64,000 bases of DNA from Isurus oxyrinchus (GCA_026770705.1 JANJGN010000023.1:37944001-38008000); one strand, 5' to 3'; counted from the first letter of the stretch, positions 25,390 through 39,619 are shown. The notes: generated from the sequence alone by a model not told the origin. Numbers and translations are program-made.

Positions 25390-27650
25390 ACATAAGAATT
25401 AGGAGCAGGAGTAGGCCACTTGGCCCCTCGAGATTGCTCCGACATTCAGTAAGATCATGGCTGATCTAATTTTAACTTCAACTTCACATTCCTGCCAATA
25501 CCTGATAACTTCTCACCGCCTTGCTTATCAAGAATCTATTTACTTCTGCCTTAAAGACAATTCAAAGGCTCTGCCTCAACCACCTTTTGAGGAAGAGAAT
25601 TCCAAAGTCTCACAACCCTCTGAGAGAAAAAAAAAATTCCTCATCTCTTTCTTAAATGGGTGACCCTCTATCTTTAAACAGTGGCCCCTAGTTCTAGATT
25701 CTCCCACAAGAGGAACCATCCTTTCCACATCCACTCTATCAAGTCCCCCAGGATCTGTTATGTTTCAATCAAGTCACCTCTTACTCTTCCAAACTCCAGC
25801 CGAGAAAGGCCTAACCTGTCCAGCCTTTTCTCATAAGACAACTTGCCCATTCCAGGTATTAATCTAGTAACCCTTCTCTGAACTGCTCCATTGCATTTAC
25901 ATCTTTCTTTAAATAAGGAGACCAATACTGTACACAGTACTCCAGAGGTGGCCTCACCAATACCCTGTATAACTGAAGCATAATCTCCCTACCCTTGTAT
26001 TCAATTCCCCTTGCAATAAACAATAATATTCTATTAGCTTTGCTAATTACTTGCTGCTCCGGCATACTAACCTTTTGTGATTGATGCACTAGGACATCCA
26101 GATCTCTCTGCATCTCGGAGCTCTGCAGTCTCTCACCATTTAGATAATAAGCTTATTTTTTATTCTTCCTGTCTAAATAGACAATTTCACATTTTCCCAC
26201 ATTATACTCCATTTGCCGGATCTTTTCCCACTCATCCAATCTATCAATACCCTTTTATAGTCTCCTAAAGTCCTTTTCACAACTTACTTTCCTGTCTTTA
26301 TCTTTTTGTTTTTGTTCTAGATTTCCAGCATCTGCAGTATTTTGCTTTTTTCCTATCTATCGTTGTGTCATCATCAACAAATTTAGCTACCATACCATTG
26401 GCCCCTTCATCCAAATCATTTATATAAATTGTAAAGAGTTGAGATCCCAGCACTGATCCATGTGCCACACCACTCATCATATCATGCCAACCAGAAAATG
26501 ACCCATTTATGCCTACTCTCTGTTTCCTGTTAGTTAGCCAATATTCTATCCATTACCCCCTACATCATGAGCTTTTATTTTCTGCAGTACCCTTTTATGA
26601 GGCACCTTATCAAATGCCTTCTTAAAATCTAAGTACAGTACATCTAGTGGACCCCCTTTATCCACAGCACCTGTTACTTCTTCAAAGAACTCCAATAAAT
26701 TGGCTGAACATGATTTCCCTTTCACAAAATCATGTTGAGTCTGCCTGATTACCTTAAGTGCCCTTTTATAACATCTTTAATAATAGCTTCTAACATTTCC
26801 CTATGATAGATGTTAAGCAACTGGCCTATAGTTTCCTGCTTTCTGTCTGCCTCCCTTTTTGAATAAAGTAGATTTGTTAGCTATTTCTCAATCTAATGGA
26901 ACCTTCCCCGAATCTAGTGAATTTTGGAAAATTAAAACCAATGTATCAACTATCTTGCTAGCCACTTCTTTTAAGATCCTAGGATGAAACCCAACTGGAC
27001 CCAGGGATTTGTCAACCTGCAGTTCCAACAATTTGCTAAGTACTACTTTCCTGGTCATTGTAATTTTCTTGAGTTCCTCCCTCCCTTCCAATTCCTGACT
27101 TACAGCCATTTTTGGGATGTGGACTGTATTATGAAAACCCATGCAAAACACCCATTCAATTCATCTGCAATCTCTTTATTTTCCATTCTTAACTCCGCAG
27201 ACTCACTTTCTATAGGATCAATGCTCACTTTATTAATTCTTTTTAAAATATCTATAGAAACTCTTACTATGTCTTTATATTTTTAGCTAGCTTTCTCTCG
27301 TACTCTAATTTTTCCATCCTTTTTAATCTTTTAGTCATTCTTTCCTGTTTTTTATATTCTATCCAATCTTCTGACCTGCCACCCATCTTTCCGCAATGAT
27401 ATGCATTTTCTTTAAGTTGACATTATCTTTAATTTCTATAGTTAACCGCAGATGGTGGGTCCTCCCCTTGGAATTTTTATTTCTTGTTGGAATGTATCTA
27501 TTCTGTGTGTTCTGGAATATCCCCTTAAATGTCTGCCACTGCATCTCTATTCACCTATCCTTTAACATAAATTCCTAGTTCACTTTCGTTAGCTCTGCTT
27601 TCATGCCCTCATAATTGCCCTTATTTAAGTTTAAAATACTAGTCTTAGAC
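25390..27650 (-). mobile_element. 5'-truncated CR1 LINE
   Basis: ORF fragments GSVLG..LFTIYINDLD, LYRVLVRP.LEYCVQYWSPYL; 3' UTR ending near ataagaatt at ~25390. Confidence 0.9.
26298..26350 (+). mobile_element. Ultra-short PLE tail insertion in CR1
   Basis: tttttgttctagatttccagcatctgcagtattttgcttt is the PLE pLTR tail; flanked by tttcctgtct / tttcctatct. Confidence 0.6.
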
Positions 27651-27892
27651 TACTGTTTGAGATGGCAAGGTTATGACAAATGTTTAGCAAATTATTCATG
27701 AACTGAGTTCGTCAGGCATGTAGTGTAGGAAAAATCATCAGTGTAAGGGCCATTTTGAAATTTACCAATGATCATGGAATAAGACAGAATCTCCAATTAA
27801 TTTGAAGGATAAGAACTTCTACAAGTTCAGAAAGCGCAGCTGTAAGGGCAAACTACTGGTAGTTAAAATATGATATTGAATATGTTTATTGG

Positions 27893-28780
27893 TGTCATGA
27901 CCCACTGGAGAGAGTGCACCGTAATATCAAGCCCCACTGTTCCCCGAGCTGGGACAAATGTGAAAAAGTTTGATCAAACCACCCGATTGCCCCAATTCTA
28001 CCTAACTCTTTAACTTAGGTTAACGGAATACGAGCACCAGATTTATAAGCTTAATAAGTAAGTAATTGTTTATTGAACAAACTGTTGTTAACCAATGGCA
28101 AAAGAAAGAAATATGAACTGCCAATTTCTAACTCTATAATTTAAACTCTACCCCCTTCTTAAATCCCTAAACAAATAAAAGACACATAAGACATCACAAA
28201 AGCATGGATTTTAAGGGTGGGATAAAACAGTTCAATAGCACAAATTCTAGAGTACAAGATTCATTGGGTTGATTTTGATTGATGTCTTCAAATTCCTTGC
28301 AGTTCTTGTTGATGACACAAGGTGGTCTTCCAGCACTTTCAGTATTTAGTTCACTGGTTGAGCACTTGCCTTTCAATGTCTCTAACAGTGATTTTTCCCT
28401 TTGCCTCTTGACAGGGTTTTCAGAGAGAGAGCAGGTTATAGAGATATGAGGAGAAAAAAAACAGCTAGCCATTTTAGTGGAATTACTGGAATCTTCCACA
28501 TGCAGGAGAAAGAGGGTTTAGGTCATGTTCCTTTCAAACTCTGCTGCACTGCTTCTCACACAAAACCTGGTCAGGAGCCAATTAAAATGCTATTGTCGGG
28601 CAGTTGCCTTAGTCCAGGACTCCTTTCCGGCACCACCCTGTCTTTCATGGCACACTCTGTTTCAGGACTGCAACATTGTATATATCTCTCATCCTGTTCC
28701 AGTGGATATGTCTTTCATCCTGCAGCCATTGTAATTCTAATCCACAATCCAACAGAAAATAAAAAGATATGTTCCTTTCA
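27893..28780 (-). repeat. 3' LTR
   Basis: Direct repeat of 37786-38646. Confidence 0.9.
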
Positions 28781-29265
28781 TGCCTCCACTCTTAAAAGAG
28801 ATGAAAAGCCAATTCAAAAATATGTTTTATCACAACGTATGTGACACATGGACAATAAAATACGAGACTTACTTTCATTCACCCTTCCTTCCCTTTATAA
28901 TCTTCAGCATTCCTTACCCCTTTAACTTACTTAAGTATTTTACACCCGGGACTATGAATCCATGATCACATTATCTTTACTGGCAATGTGAACAATCTTT
29001 ACATTGGGCAAAATTTTGCCCTCATCGGGCGGGCTCAGTGGGGGCGGCCGGGAAGCCAAGTGCAGTCTGTGATCATGGCCGGACTACGATTTCACGCTGG
29101 CAGGCCAATCAAGGCCTGCCCCGTGTGAACGTGGGCTGGAGAATCTCCAAGAAGGGGTGGGCGGGCGCCTGTTGTCCGCCGGGTCCATTAGTGACCTGGC
29201 AGCTGGTGCAAAAATGGTGCAGGCAGTCCCAGGGAGGCTGCCCGCATTGGAGTTGCAGCAGTGAT

Positions 29266-31091
29266 ATGTCAGCAAACCAGGATGCAGAGACCAGGCGGGA
29301 GGTGAGGTTGGCCGGGCACTCAGCACCCCCCATTTTTCCGACAAGTCCTCGCCGCCATCCTGGAGGAGGTGGCTGCCATAAGGGACACCCTTGTCCCCAG
29401 AAATGGGAAGAGGAAGCCATCGCACCTTGCAAAGAGGGCATGAGAAGAGGTGGCAGCTCAGGTGAGCAGCCACGACGTGGTGTGGCACACCTGGGTGCAG
29501 TGCCGGAAGCGTTTCAATGACCTGCTGCGCTCAGGAAGGGTGAGTATCGTTTTGGCATGGGTCAGTGTCTTGAATTATTTTGGGCTGGCCATCCTACCTA
29601 GAGCCCAGGGGTTAGAGTCTGATTGCCAACTGTCAATCACGCTGGAGCTGGCCAAGGGGCTAAGTACTGGCTGCTTTGACTGAGTGTCTTGCAGCTCGAG
29701 GGCCACAACTCGGATGTGCCCTACAAGGTGCTCCTCAGATGGGGTTGGCCAGGCTGCAATGGCACTGCAGGTAGTGAGAGGACTAATGAACGCTCCTCTG
29801 TCCTTTCAGGAGAAGACATCCCATAGCAATATTGAGAGGGCGTGGACTGGCAGAGGACCCCCACACCTCCTCATCCTCTCCTGATATGAGTAGGAGGCTT
29901 TGGAGCTCAAGAGGCGCCATGCATCTCGGTCAACTGGCCGCGGTTAAGCTGGGGTATCAGATGAAGGTAAGAGTGCAGTGCATTGAGGTAAGAGTTTTGG
30001 ATGGTTCAAACATTCATGTGCAGTCTTGTCATTGATGGGAGCCCCCAGACTCGATTCCTCTTTAATCATTGAAAGATGATGGCACCATGATGCACATCTC
30101 CATTGTCTCACCAGCATGCCTGGCATGCATAGTGACAGTGTCATGACTTAAACTAATGACATATCCCTCTTCTCCTTTAGATCTGCCACCAAGCAGCGAA
30201 GCGCATGACCTCCAGGAGCTATTCCTGACCCCTGACCCCGGAGGACCACCATGCTGCTCCCTAAGCACCCATTCTCTGAACCAGGCACCAGTGCAGATAC
30301 CAGCACCTCAGTGGGCATTTCTTTCAGTGGCTAGTTTCTAGGTGCACATTGGTGAGGGCACTACACACTTGCTTGAGGTGCAGATGGAGGCAGAGAGTGC
30401 CCAGGGCACTCGCATTCGGAGGACTGCTGGAGACCAGGACAATGCTCAGTTGAAGGCTGATGATGGGCCTCTGGAGTTGTCCATTAGGCAGCAGATGCTG
30501 GATGTCCAGTGGGATGTGTGGGAGGATCTGGCAGAGATTCATGAGGGCATGCGTGCCCTGGTCTCCATTGTGGAGGAGACCCTGCAGAGCTTGAGCACTG
30601 CATTGACCCTCATGGCTGAACACACTGCCTCCTCCATTGGAGAAAGTGGCAACTCTCATTGAGAGGCAGCTCCAGGAACAGCATCAGGGGTTCCTGGGGT
30701 TGCACTACCACCTGCTGGCCCTCACACAGGCATTGACTGTGACCATGTGTGAGATGGGTGAGGCACCCAGTATCTCAGCTAGGTGCCCATCCATCAATGG
30801 ACGAGCAGGGAGGTCCACAGCGACCTCATGTTGGTGCATGAGCTGCTTGTCGTCTCTGTCGGCTCCTCTCAGGGTGCTGTGGATGACGGCAGCAGCCACG
30901 CCGCCCTTCTGCCAGTGACTGACACATCTGATGAGGCTGCGGCAACTGGGGAGATGCCAGCCGTGGCACTGGCAGCTCCCTCCCAGGCGGGGACAGCAAG
31001 AGGACAACCGCCAATGTCATTAAGGCCAACAGGACAGCAGAGTCAGCAGGCTGTCTCCAATGCCGGTGCCAGTGAAGGGGGGAGCACTTAG
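29266..31091 (+). pseudogene. Harbinger Myb/SANT-like DNA-binding gene, 3 exons, decayed
   Basis: WVQCRKRFNDLLRSGR then donor at 29540; exon 2 from 29810 (EKTSH..ERAWTG); exon 3 from 30181. Confidence 0.8.
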
Positions 31092-31459
31092 ACGTAGGAC
31101 CCTTAAACTTAAGTTTAAAGTACCTTAAGAACAAGAGGGACTGCTCACGGGTGATCTTTTGTTCCCCCATTTTGTTTTTCTTTTTTTTAATGGTGTGACT
31201 ACCAACATCGGATATTATTCTGCTCAATGCTACGTGAGTTCCAACATTAAATTACATTTGCTTTTGTGTTACTGGCCTGAGAATGTTTCATTTGGTTTGT
31301 ATGTGCAGGGGAGGCCAGTATGTAATGCTGAACATGGGTGACTGAAAACTTTATTGCACAGGCACTGAGTCTATCCTGGGGGCCAAGAACAGGATCATTT
31401 CTGCGATCCAGGATGGAGGTGGCAGCCCTGGCTTGAGGTGGTAGTTCTTATTTGGCAGT

Positions 31460-32670
31460 CTAGCTGAAGGAGCGTTGGATCAAGGCACCCTTGGTGTCTC
31501 TGCCTCCCTGGAGGTTTCTGATGTCTGTCTGCACGCCCTCAGCGTTCTCTTCACCGTGATGCTCTTCTGAATTGCTACTGGATTCATCATTTGTGGCCTG
31601 TGCAGCTGCATCAACATCCTCTTCCTCCAGTGGCTCCGCCCTTGCCAGTGCCAGATTGTGGAGAGTGCAACATGCAACCACTATCAGTGACATCCACTCT
31701 GGGGGGGTCTTGCAGTTCTCCCCCTGAATGGTCTAGGCGTTGAAGGCACATCTTGAGAAGATTTATGCTTCTCTTTACCACTGCCCTTGTGGAGGTGTGG
31801 CTCCTGTTTTACCGCTGCTCCGCCTTTGTTCATGGGTGGCGAAGAGGTGTCATGAGCCACCTTTTCAAGGGATAGCACTTGTTACCCAGCAGCCATCCAT
31901 CCAGCCGGGCTGAAGCACTGAAGATCCTCGGCACCTGGGAGTGTCTCAGGATATATGCTTCATGAGAGCTGCCAGGGTTCCTTGCAAGACTTGCAGACTC
32001 TGCATCCTGTGGTCACACACTGTCTGCATGTTCATGGAGTGAAGCCCCTTACTGTTAACAAAGGCACCCGGCTGACCCGCTGGTGCCTTGATAGCCACGT
32101 GTGGGAACCCAGCAATCGCTGCAAAGCCTCTGGCTCGCTCAGCCTAGCTGGCCTCGTCTGTACGGAAATGACTGAAAGTCAATACCTGCCTGAACAGAGT
32201 TTGACGCAACTGTGGACAGCTGATTGGGAGACTCCACGCAGATCTCCCACTGAGCCCTGGCAGGAGCCAGAGGCATGGAAGTTGACGGTCACAGTAACCT
32301 TCAGAATCACTGGTATGGGGTGTCCACCCACATAGCTGGACCTGGTCTCAGGCCAGATCATCTGACAAATGGAGGTCATGGTCTCTCTGGAGAGACGGAG
32401 CCTCCTTCAGCATTGCACGTCGGACACATTGAGGTAGCTGCATTGCCGCCTGTAAACCCTGGCAGCAGGATAGTTCTGTCTTCTGTGGCCCATTCCGCCT
32501 TGGGCTACGTGCTAGCGCTGTGTCCCTTGTGGCTGTGCCTCTCCTCCCAAAGGTCCCTCTACTGGAAGATGCATTGGGATAAGTCGCCTCCTCTCCCTTC
32601 TGCCCCTCTCTTCCTCCTCAGAGTAGGTGCCTTCAGTGGAGACCACAATCCCCATTACCAGGGTAAAGGA
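31460..32670 (-). pseudogene. Harbinger (HARBI1-like DDE) transposase, decayed
   Basis: NFHASGSCQGSVGDLRGVSQSAVH; [13 protein letters not shown]; acidic C-terminus. Confidence 0.88.
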
Positions 32671-33178
32671 AGGCTGTCTGATTCCTGGAAGGGTCCACTC
32701 AGTCCAAATCCTCAGGGGCCTGGAAGACACCAATGAGTCCTGAAATGAAGCCAGGAAATGCTAAAGATGAAGCTTTAATCAGCGATTAAGCTGACAAGTA
32801 CCAACAAACTACCAGCAGCAAATTATCTCCAAAATTCCTCACTACTCACATTGACACTGCTCACTGCTGCTGTTACTTCTTATCCTGTCCGCAGAATGAA
32901 GTTTTGCAAATTGTGGGCTGCCCGCCTACCCGTTTTGCCTGTGCGAAGAGCGAAAAATCACACGGGCAACATTAAATTGCTGTCAATTGGGTTGTCAAGG
33001 GCCTTAACTGGATTCTTAATTAATGGTGGGCGTGGTTCCAACTCCCGCGTGTGTCCGCCAAGTGAAATATCGCGCAAGTGCACGATGACGTTGGGACATT
33101 CGCCCGATGTCATTGTGCATCATATTACGCTCGTTTGGGTTGGGTGCACGCCCGCCCGACAAGTGGAAAATTCTGCCC

Positions 33179-36100
33179 CTTGAATTTTTGAAACAATAGT
33201 CTCCATCTAAACAGTCTTGCATTACAAGTTTTAAACTTTTCAATGAACACCAGCATATTATGCCCGGTGTAGATTAGTGTTTCTTTGTTATCGTACCAGA
33301 CATAAACTTCAAAATGTTGAAGAGACAATAACAATGCTAGAGTTTCTTTTTCTACTGTAGAGTACTTCATCTGATATTGATTTAGTTTCTTGGCAAAGAA
33401 ACCGGCTTCTCTATCGCTAATTCATCATCTTGTAATAGAACTGACACTACCCCCAAGTCGCGAGCATCATTTGCTATTTTAAAAGGTTTGGTAAAGTCAG
33501 GGTTGGCCAACACTGGTTCATTTATTAAGATTAACTTCAGCTTTTCAAAGACTGTTTGGCATTCTGCTGACCATACCACTTTTGCTGTGTCCTTAACAAA
33601 TTGGTGAGAGGTCCAGCTATTGTGCTGAAGTTAGGCACAAACCTCTTATAAAGCCCACACATTCCCAAAAACCTCATGATTTCTCGTTTAGTTTTAGGAA
33701 TGGGGAATTCTATTGGACCGTTTACTTTTGCTCTTCTTGGCAATACTTGCCTTTGTCCAACAATGTGACCTAGGTAAGTTAACCTTGCCTTTGCAAATTC
33801 ACTTTTGGCCAGAATTATTACTAAGCTAGCCAACTGCAATTTTTTAAACAGGTCATCTAATTGCTTTACATGTTCTTCTCATGTGTTACTATATATTACG
33901 ACATTGTCTAAATAAATGACATAGTTAGGTACTTCAACTACAACTTGATTCATAAGTTTCTGAAATGTAGCTGGCATTTTTAAACCCAAATGACATGACT
34001 TGACATTGATACAACTCACTCGGTGTAACAAAGGCAGATATTTCTTTAGCCCTTGATGTCAATGGCACTTGCCAGTACCCCTTCAATAGATCAATTTTAG
34101 AAAGAAATGAGGCAGTGCCAATCCCATCAATGCAACCTTCTAAACAAGAAATTGGGTACAAATCTGCCTTCGTTACTACATTCACTTTCAATCAATCAGT
34201 TGATTGTCCAGCATATATTGGATCTCTGTTTCTAACTGTGCTTGTTTTTCTGGGCCCAACCGATAATGATGTTGTTTTTATTGACACTGAGTCTCCTACG
34301 TCCACGTCATGTTTAGCTAACGTAGTACATCCAGGTGTATCCTTATTAGATCTTTCCTTGGTCCTCCCTCTAAATATGAGAGCCTGGTGTCTAACTGTCG
34401 CAGTATTGTCAAATTGGCTAGTCGAATTGTAGGAGGTTTGCTTTGAGCACTGTCTACTTCTCCTTCTACCTTGTCTTTACAGCCTCTGTCATGCTCCAGT
34501 ACTCCTACCACCAGGCATACTTGCTCTGTCTTATCGTTTTCCCTGCTATGATATTGCTTCAGCATGTTTAAGTAACATAACCCTTTTTTTCTTCCCACAC
34601 TCAGGAGTATCTATCAAGTAAGTCACTTATTATTAACTTTCCTAACTATCTTGTAGGGGCCACCCTGAAACGGTAATAATACTTCAACTCCTGCTTAGAA
34701 CGTTCTAGTTGTAGCATGTTTGCCCATTCTTTCATTTTTGGCTTGGGAAATTTTTTAATGCTCTCGTGCTACTTTACATGCTCCTGTCAGTCTTTCCAAA
34801 AACATGGACATGTAATCCAATATGGAGGATTTGCCTTTCTGCTTTAGAAACTTTTCCTTAATCACTTTTAATAGACCTTTTATTTCATGACCATAGATCA
34901 ATTCAAATGGACTAAATCTAGTAGATTCGTTCAGAGAATCTCTGGTAGCAAATTGTAAGAAATCTAATCCTTTGGGTATTCATGGCAATAGTCTTAATCA
35001 TGGTTTTGAGAGTCTGATATTTTCTTTCTCAAGCTCCCTGTGTCTGTGTGTGATAGGCGGTAGACCTTAGTTGTTTGATACCCAAATTGCTGATTATGCC
35101 CTGGAAAATTTTGGACATGAAGTTAGAATCTTGGGAAGATTGTATTTCAATTGGTAGGCCATAACAAGTGAAAAACTGAGTTAACTTTTCCACGACCGCC
35201 ATAGCTTTAATATCCTTAAAGGAATATCTTCTGAAAATCGGGTTGTCATATCCATGATTGTAAGGATAGAATGATGTCCTGCTTTCGTTTTGGGTAATGG
35301 TTCTATACAATCTACTAATACTTGACTGAATGGTTCTTCAAATACTAGTATGGGTATTAAAGATGCTGGTTTGATTACATGTTGAGGTTTACCTACTACC
35401 TGACATGTATGACACATTTTACAAAATTGCACGACATACTTATGAAGCCTTGACCTGGTAAAATGCCTGTTTATCAATGCTTGGGTTTTCTGTATTCCTA
35501 CATGTTCTGCCACAGGGATTTCATGTGCTACTCGCAATATCTCCTTATGATATTTGGGCAGTACCACTGGCTGATGAACAACTGCCCATTCTTCATCCGC
35601 AGATCTGTGAGGGGATCTCCACTTCCTCATCAGAACTCCATTTTTAATGTAATAGCACTCCAGAACTCTTTCAGCCTCAGCTTCAGTGTGAGCTGACTGT
35701 GCTAACTTGTTTAACTCTGGACCTGCTTTCTGAGCCTCAATTAATGAAGACCTGCCAAACACTTCCTTTGAATTATCCTCATCCTTAAACAAAGTTTTGG
35801 CCACTCTAGCATCTGCTCATGGTATTACTTTGACCTCTGGTGATGGACTTTGTTGAGCCATTGCTCTGGTCACCACAAATGATAGAAAAATACCAGGAAC
35901 TTGTTCTTGTAACTGCTTCATCTCTTTAGCCTCTCTCGGACTTTCCGTAATTATGGGTGAAGCTATGACCTTCACTCCTGACAACTCATTCCTCAGGAGT
36001 AAATCAACTCCCTCCATAGGTAATTTCTTAACCATTCCTACAACCACCAACCCAGACAACAAATCACACTACAATTGCTTTTTGTACAATGGAAGCGGGA

Positions 36101-37669
36101 TTAACTCTCCACTTATCCCGTTTACCAAAACTTTAGCTTTCGTTGAACTCTCTGGAGGGAAAACTAGGTCTTTCTCCAACAAAAGTGTTTGAGTAGTTCC
36201 TGTGCCTCTTAATATAGTTATGGGTTGCATCATTCGATGAAAAAGGCGTTATCTTCCCTTTGGACAAAAACCCTTTATATCTCTCATCTACCTCATTTAC
36301 TTCACCTGCATTCATAGCAGTGTTTACCTCCAGGCCCTTATTTGTAGTTAAAGCTACAATTTGATCTGTGGCATTTTCTTTTTGAGTTCCCTTTTCAGAT
36401 TCATTCTTATCATTTCCAATAAGTCCCATGGGCTTCCCTCACAACCTCTAGCATTCTGAACGAATGTGTCCCACTTTATTACAATGGAAACACTTAAGCC
36501 TTTGAGTTTCACCTCCACCCTCAGTACCTTTCTCCTGATCTGGGGAGGAGATCTCGAGGTATTCCCAGCTATCCATTCTTTACCCTGGCTACCTGCCTTC
36601 CTTTCACTCTCCCACTTTCTACCCTTTTCAAATTTATGGGGATGATGGAAAAAAATGTTTAGTTTATGGATCAGCTCATAATTGTCAGCCATTATTGTTG
36701 CCTGTCTAGCAGTTACAACCCTTTGGTCTTCAACATGGGTTCTTATTACAGAAGGTAGGGAGTTTTTAAATTCTTCCGAGAGAATTGTCTCTCTGAGAAC
36801 TTCATAGGTCGTTTCAACTCCTAATGCTCATATCCACCTGTCAAAACTACCTTGCTTAATCCTTTCAAATTCAATGTAAGTTTGCCCAGGCTGTTTCCTT
36901 AAATTTAGAAACTTTTGCCTGACGCTTCAGGGACCAACTCATATGCTCTAAAAATGGCCTTTTTCACCAATCATAATCCCTAGAAACCTCCTCTGAGAAA
37001 TTTCCTGTGCTGTACCTGTCAATTTGCTCTGCTTGGGCAACGTCCAATTTTCCTTTGGCTCGTTCATCTGTTTAGCTCGCTTCTGAAATGAAATAAAGAA
37101 TACTTCAACATCCCTTTCCTCAAATTTTAGTAGAACTTGTTCAAATTTAAACATTTTTTCACTGGGTTCTGATCTGGAAATAAGTCCTGCCTCACCTACT
37201 GGTGTCCCTTTTTTAACTGTCAGCATTTAAAGCTGGAATTCTCTGTCTTTCTCTTTTTCTCTTTCTGTTTTTTCAAGTTTATATTTCTTCATTTCTATCC
37301 TCGCCATTTCTAATTCATTTTGAAATGCTCTCTCTCTTTCCTTTTCTTTTTCTTTCTCTGCCCTTTCTGCCTTTCTCTTTGAAATGCCTTTTCTTTTCCT
37401 GCTGCCTCCAGTTCAAATTTTTTTATTTACAACTGAATTTGAGCCCATTCCAATGAACCACCCCTTGGAGAACTCAGTATCTCGGGTATTCCTTCCAATT
37501 TCAAATGCTGTGCCATCTCTTCAATTACCTCTGCCTTCCTAGCTTTAGCAGGCAATCCTATTATTAATTTACTTGCTAATTCGATTAACCTGGCTTTTGG
37601 GAACCCTTTTAAAATTGTCAGGGTCATCTCTTCTATTTGCAGGAAAGCTTTAACAGTTTCCAGTGCCAC
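33179..37669 (-). pseudogene. Gmr1 gag-pol pseudogene (frameshifts and stops)
   Basis: Gag FEERDVEVFF..LTGTAQE; CFHCNKVGHIRSEC; IN H..H..C..C and PFSQVLVDC; RT KIDLLKGYWQVPL, IYLDN; RH YSTVEKETLA. Confidence 0.9.
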
Positions 37670-37785
37670 CTTATTTTTGACAGTACAAAACTGGTGTTTC
37701 CTTTTAGCTGTTATTACTTACTAAATCTACACAAATTGTTGTTGTCTTTTGTTCCAAAATATCCCTGACCCGAGCCCCCAATCTT

Positions 37786-38646
37786 TGTCACGACTTAGTG
37801 CGCCGGAATATCAAGCCCCAAGCCGCGAAAAATGTGAAAGAAGTTTGATCAAACCACCAGATTACCCCAGTTCAACCTAACTGTTTAATTTAGGTTAACA
37901 GAATACGGGCACTGGGTTTGTAAACTTAATATGTTAGTAACTGTTTATTAAACAAACTGTCGTTAACCAGTGGCAAAAGAAAGAAATATGAAATGCTAAT
38001 TTCTAATTCTATAATTTAAACTCTAACCCCTTCTTAAATCCCTGTACACAGATATATAAGACATACAAAAGCATTGATTTTAAGGGTGGGATAAAACTGT
38101 TCAATACCACCAGTTCTGGAGTACAGGATTCGATGGGTTGATTTTGATCGATGTCTTCAAATTCATTTCAGTTCTTGTTGATGACATGAAGTGGTCTTTC
38201 AGCACTTCCGGTATTTAGCTCACTGGTTGAGCACTTGCCTTTCAATGTCTCTAACAGTGCCGTTTCTCTTTCCGTCTTGAGAGCAAGTTATAGAGATACG
38301 AGGAGACAAAAACAGCTAGCTATTATAGTGGAGTTACTGGAATCTTCCACACATAGGAGAGAGATGTTTTAGGTCTTGTTCCTTTCAGGCTAGGAGCTAC
38401 TCTGCTGCACTGCTTACACAAAACCTGGTCACCTGGTTAGGAGCCAATTGAAATGCTGTTGTCAGGCAGCTCCCTTGGTCCAGAACTCCTTTCTGGCGCC
38501 ATCCTGTCTTTCAAAGCATACTCTGTTCCAGGACTGCAACATTATATATATCTCTCATCCTGTTCCAGTGGACATGTCTTTCAACCAGCAGCCATTGTAT
38601 TTCTAATCCACAGTCCAACAGTAAATAAAAAGGTATGTTCCTTACA
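37786..38646 (-). repeat. 5' LTR
   Basis: Direct repeat of 27893-28780; followed on the minus strand by the PBS. Confidence 0.9.
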
Positions 38647-39109
38647 TTGAGGATAAGATGAATACAAATAAATACTGGTCCTAAGAAAGGTGATTGCTCC
38701 TACACTTCAGCTAAGACAAATCAAAGTAAACGCATAAGTTTCGGTCATTCTCAGCAATGTATATTGGAATTTAAAAGGACATCAGAACTTAAGACATAAT
38801 TTAAAATTGTGGCCACGTGATTGCATTGATGGCTCTATGTATGTAATGCTGCAGTAAAAAGAAAGGATGAAAAGGCTATTCAAGCCTTTCTTTCATGTTC
38901 CGTTATTTAATATAAACTCCCTAAAAAAACAGCATTTCAAGGGTCTGTGTAATGTGAAATGTTCTCCTCTGTACTGTCCTCTGCTTTGAATATTAGCAGT
39001 GCTTTACTACATGCGGAGATATTGTCATTAAAACATCACTGGTTCTAAAATTCAACAGGCACAGTTATCTTTCTCAAACCTTCTTAAAGCAAGCTTAGCT
39101 GCTGGGATC

Positions 39110-39525
39110 AGGGGAGACAGTGGCATGTTGGTAATGTTAATGGACTAGTAATCCAGAGACCCAGACTAATGCTCTGGAAACATGGGCTCAAACCTCACTG
39201 CAGCAGCTCGTGGAGTTTAAATGCAATTAATTAATTCATAAATCTGGAATTGAAAGGTAGCCTCAGTAATGGTACCATGAATCTATCATCATCCGGTTCA
39301 CTAATGTCTTTTAGGGAAGGAAATCTGTCATCCTTACCTTGTCTAGCCTACATGGGACTCTAGGCCCACAGCAATGTGGTTGACTCTTAACTGCCCTCTG
39401 GAATGGCCTAGCAAGTCACTCAGCATACCAACATTGCTACATAAACCAATGGATTGCAGTAGTTCAAGAAGGTGGCAACAAATGCTGGTCTTGTTAGTGA
39501 TGCCCACGTCCTGTGAAAGAATAAT
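39110..39525 (+). mobile_element. tRNA-derived SINE family 2
   Basis: Homologous to 21287-21520; ends atgcccacgtcctgtgaaagaataa. Confidence 0.75.
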
Positions 39526-39619
39526 GAAAAAAAGTCAGTAGCAACATTAGTGTGTGTCAAACACTGGGTCTGTTAAATATATCATTGACTGTTTAACATT
39601 TTTATTTTTTTCCCCAAAG

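Larger units (their letters stand above)
29006..33178. mobile_element. Full-length PIF/Harbinger transposon 1 (inserted in Gmr1 RNase H)
   Basis: TIRs GGGCAAAATTTT / AAAATTCTGCCC; convergent Myb/SANT gene (+) and DDE transposase (-); removing it restores RWRLLFQKF|NVKIVHI. Confidence 0.92.
27893..38646 (-). mobile_element. Full-length decayed Gmr1-type Gypsy LTR retrotransposon
   Basis: LTRs 27893-28780 and 37786-38646 (TG...CA); tRNA-Pro-like PBS TGGGGGCTCG at 37761-37780; PPT next to 28781; flanks ttgg/ttga; domain order gag (CCHC ~36451-36492), PR (~36200), IN (35804-34800), RT (~34300-33600), RH. Confidence 0.92.

Noticed and set aside
28194-28965. ORFs of 60-147 aa
   Set aside because: They lie in or next to the LTR, have no domain motifs and are not preserved in the other LTR.
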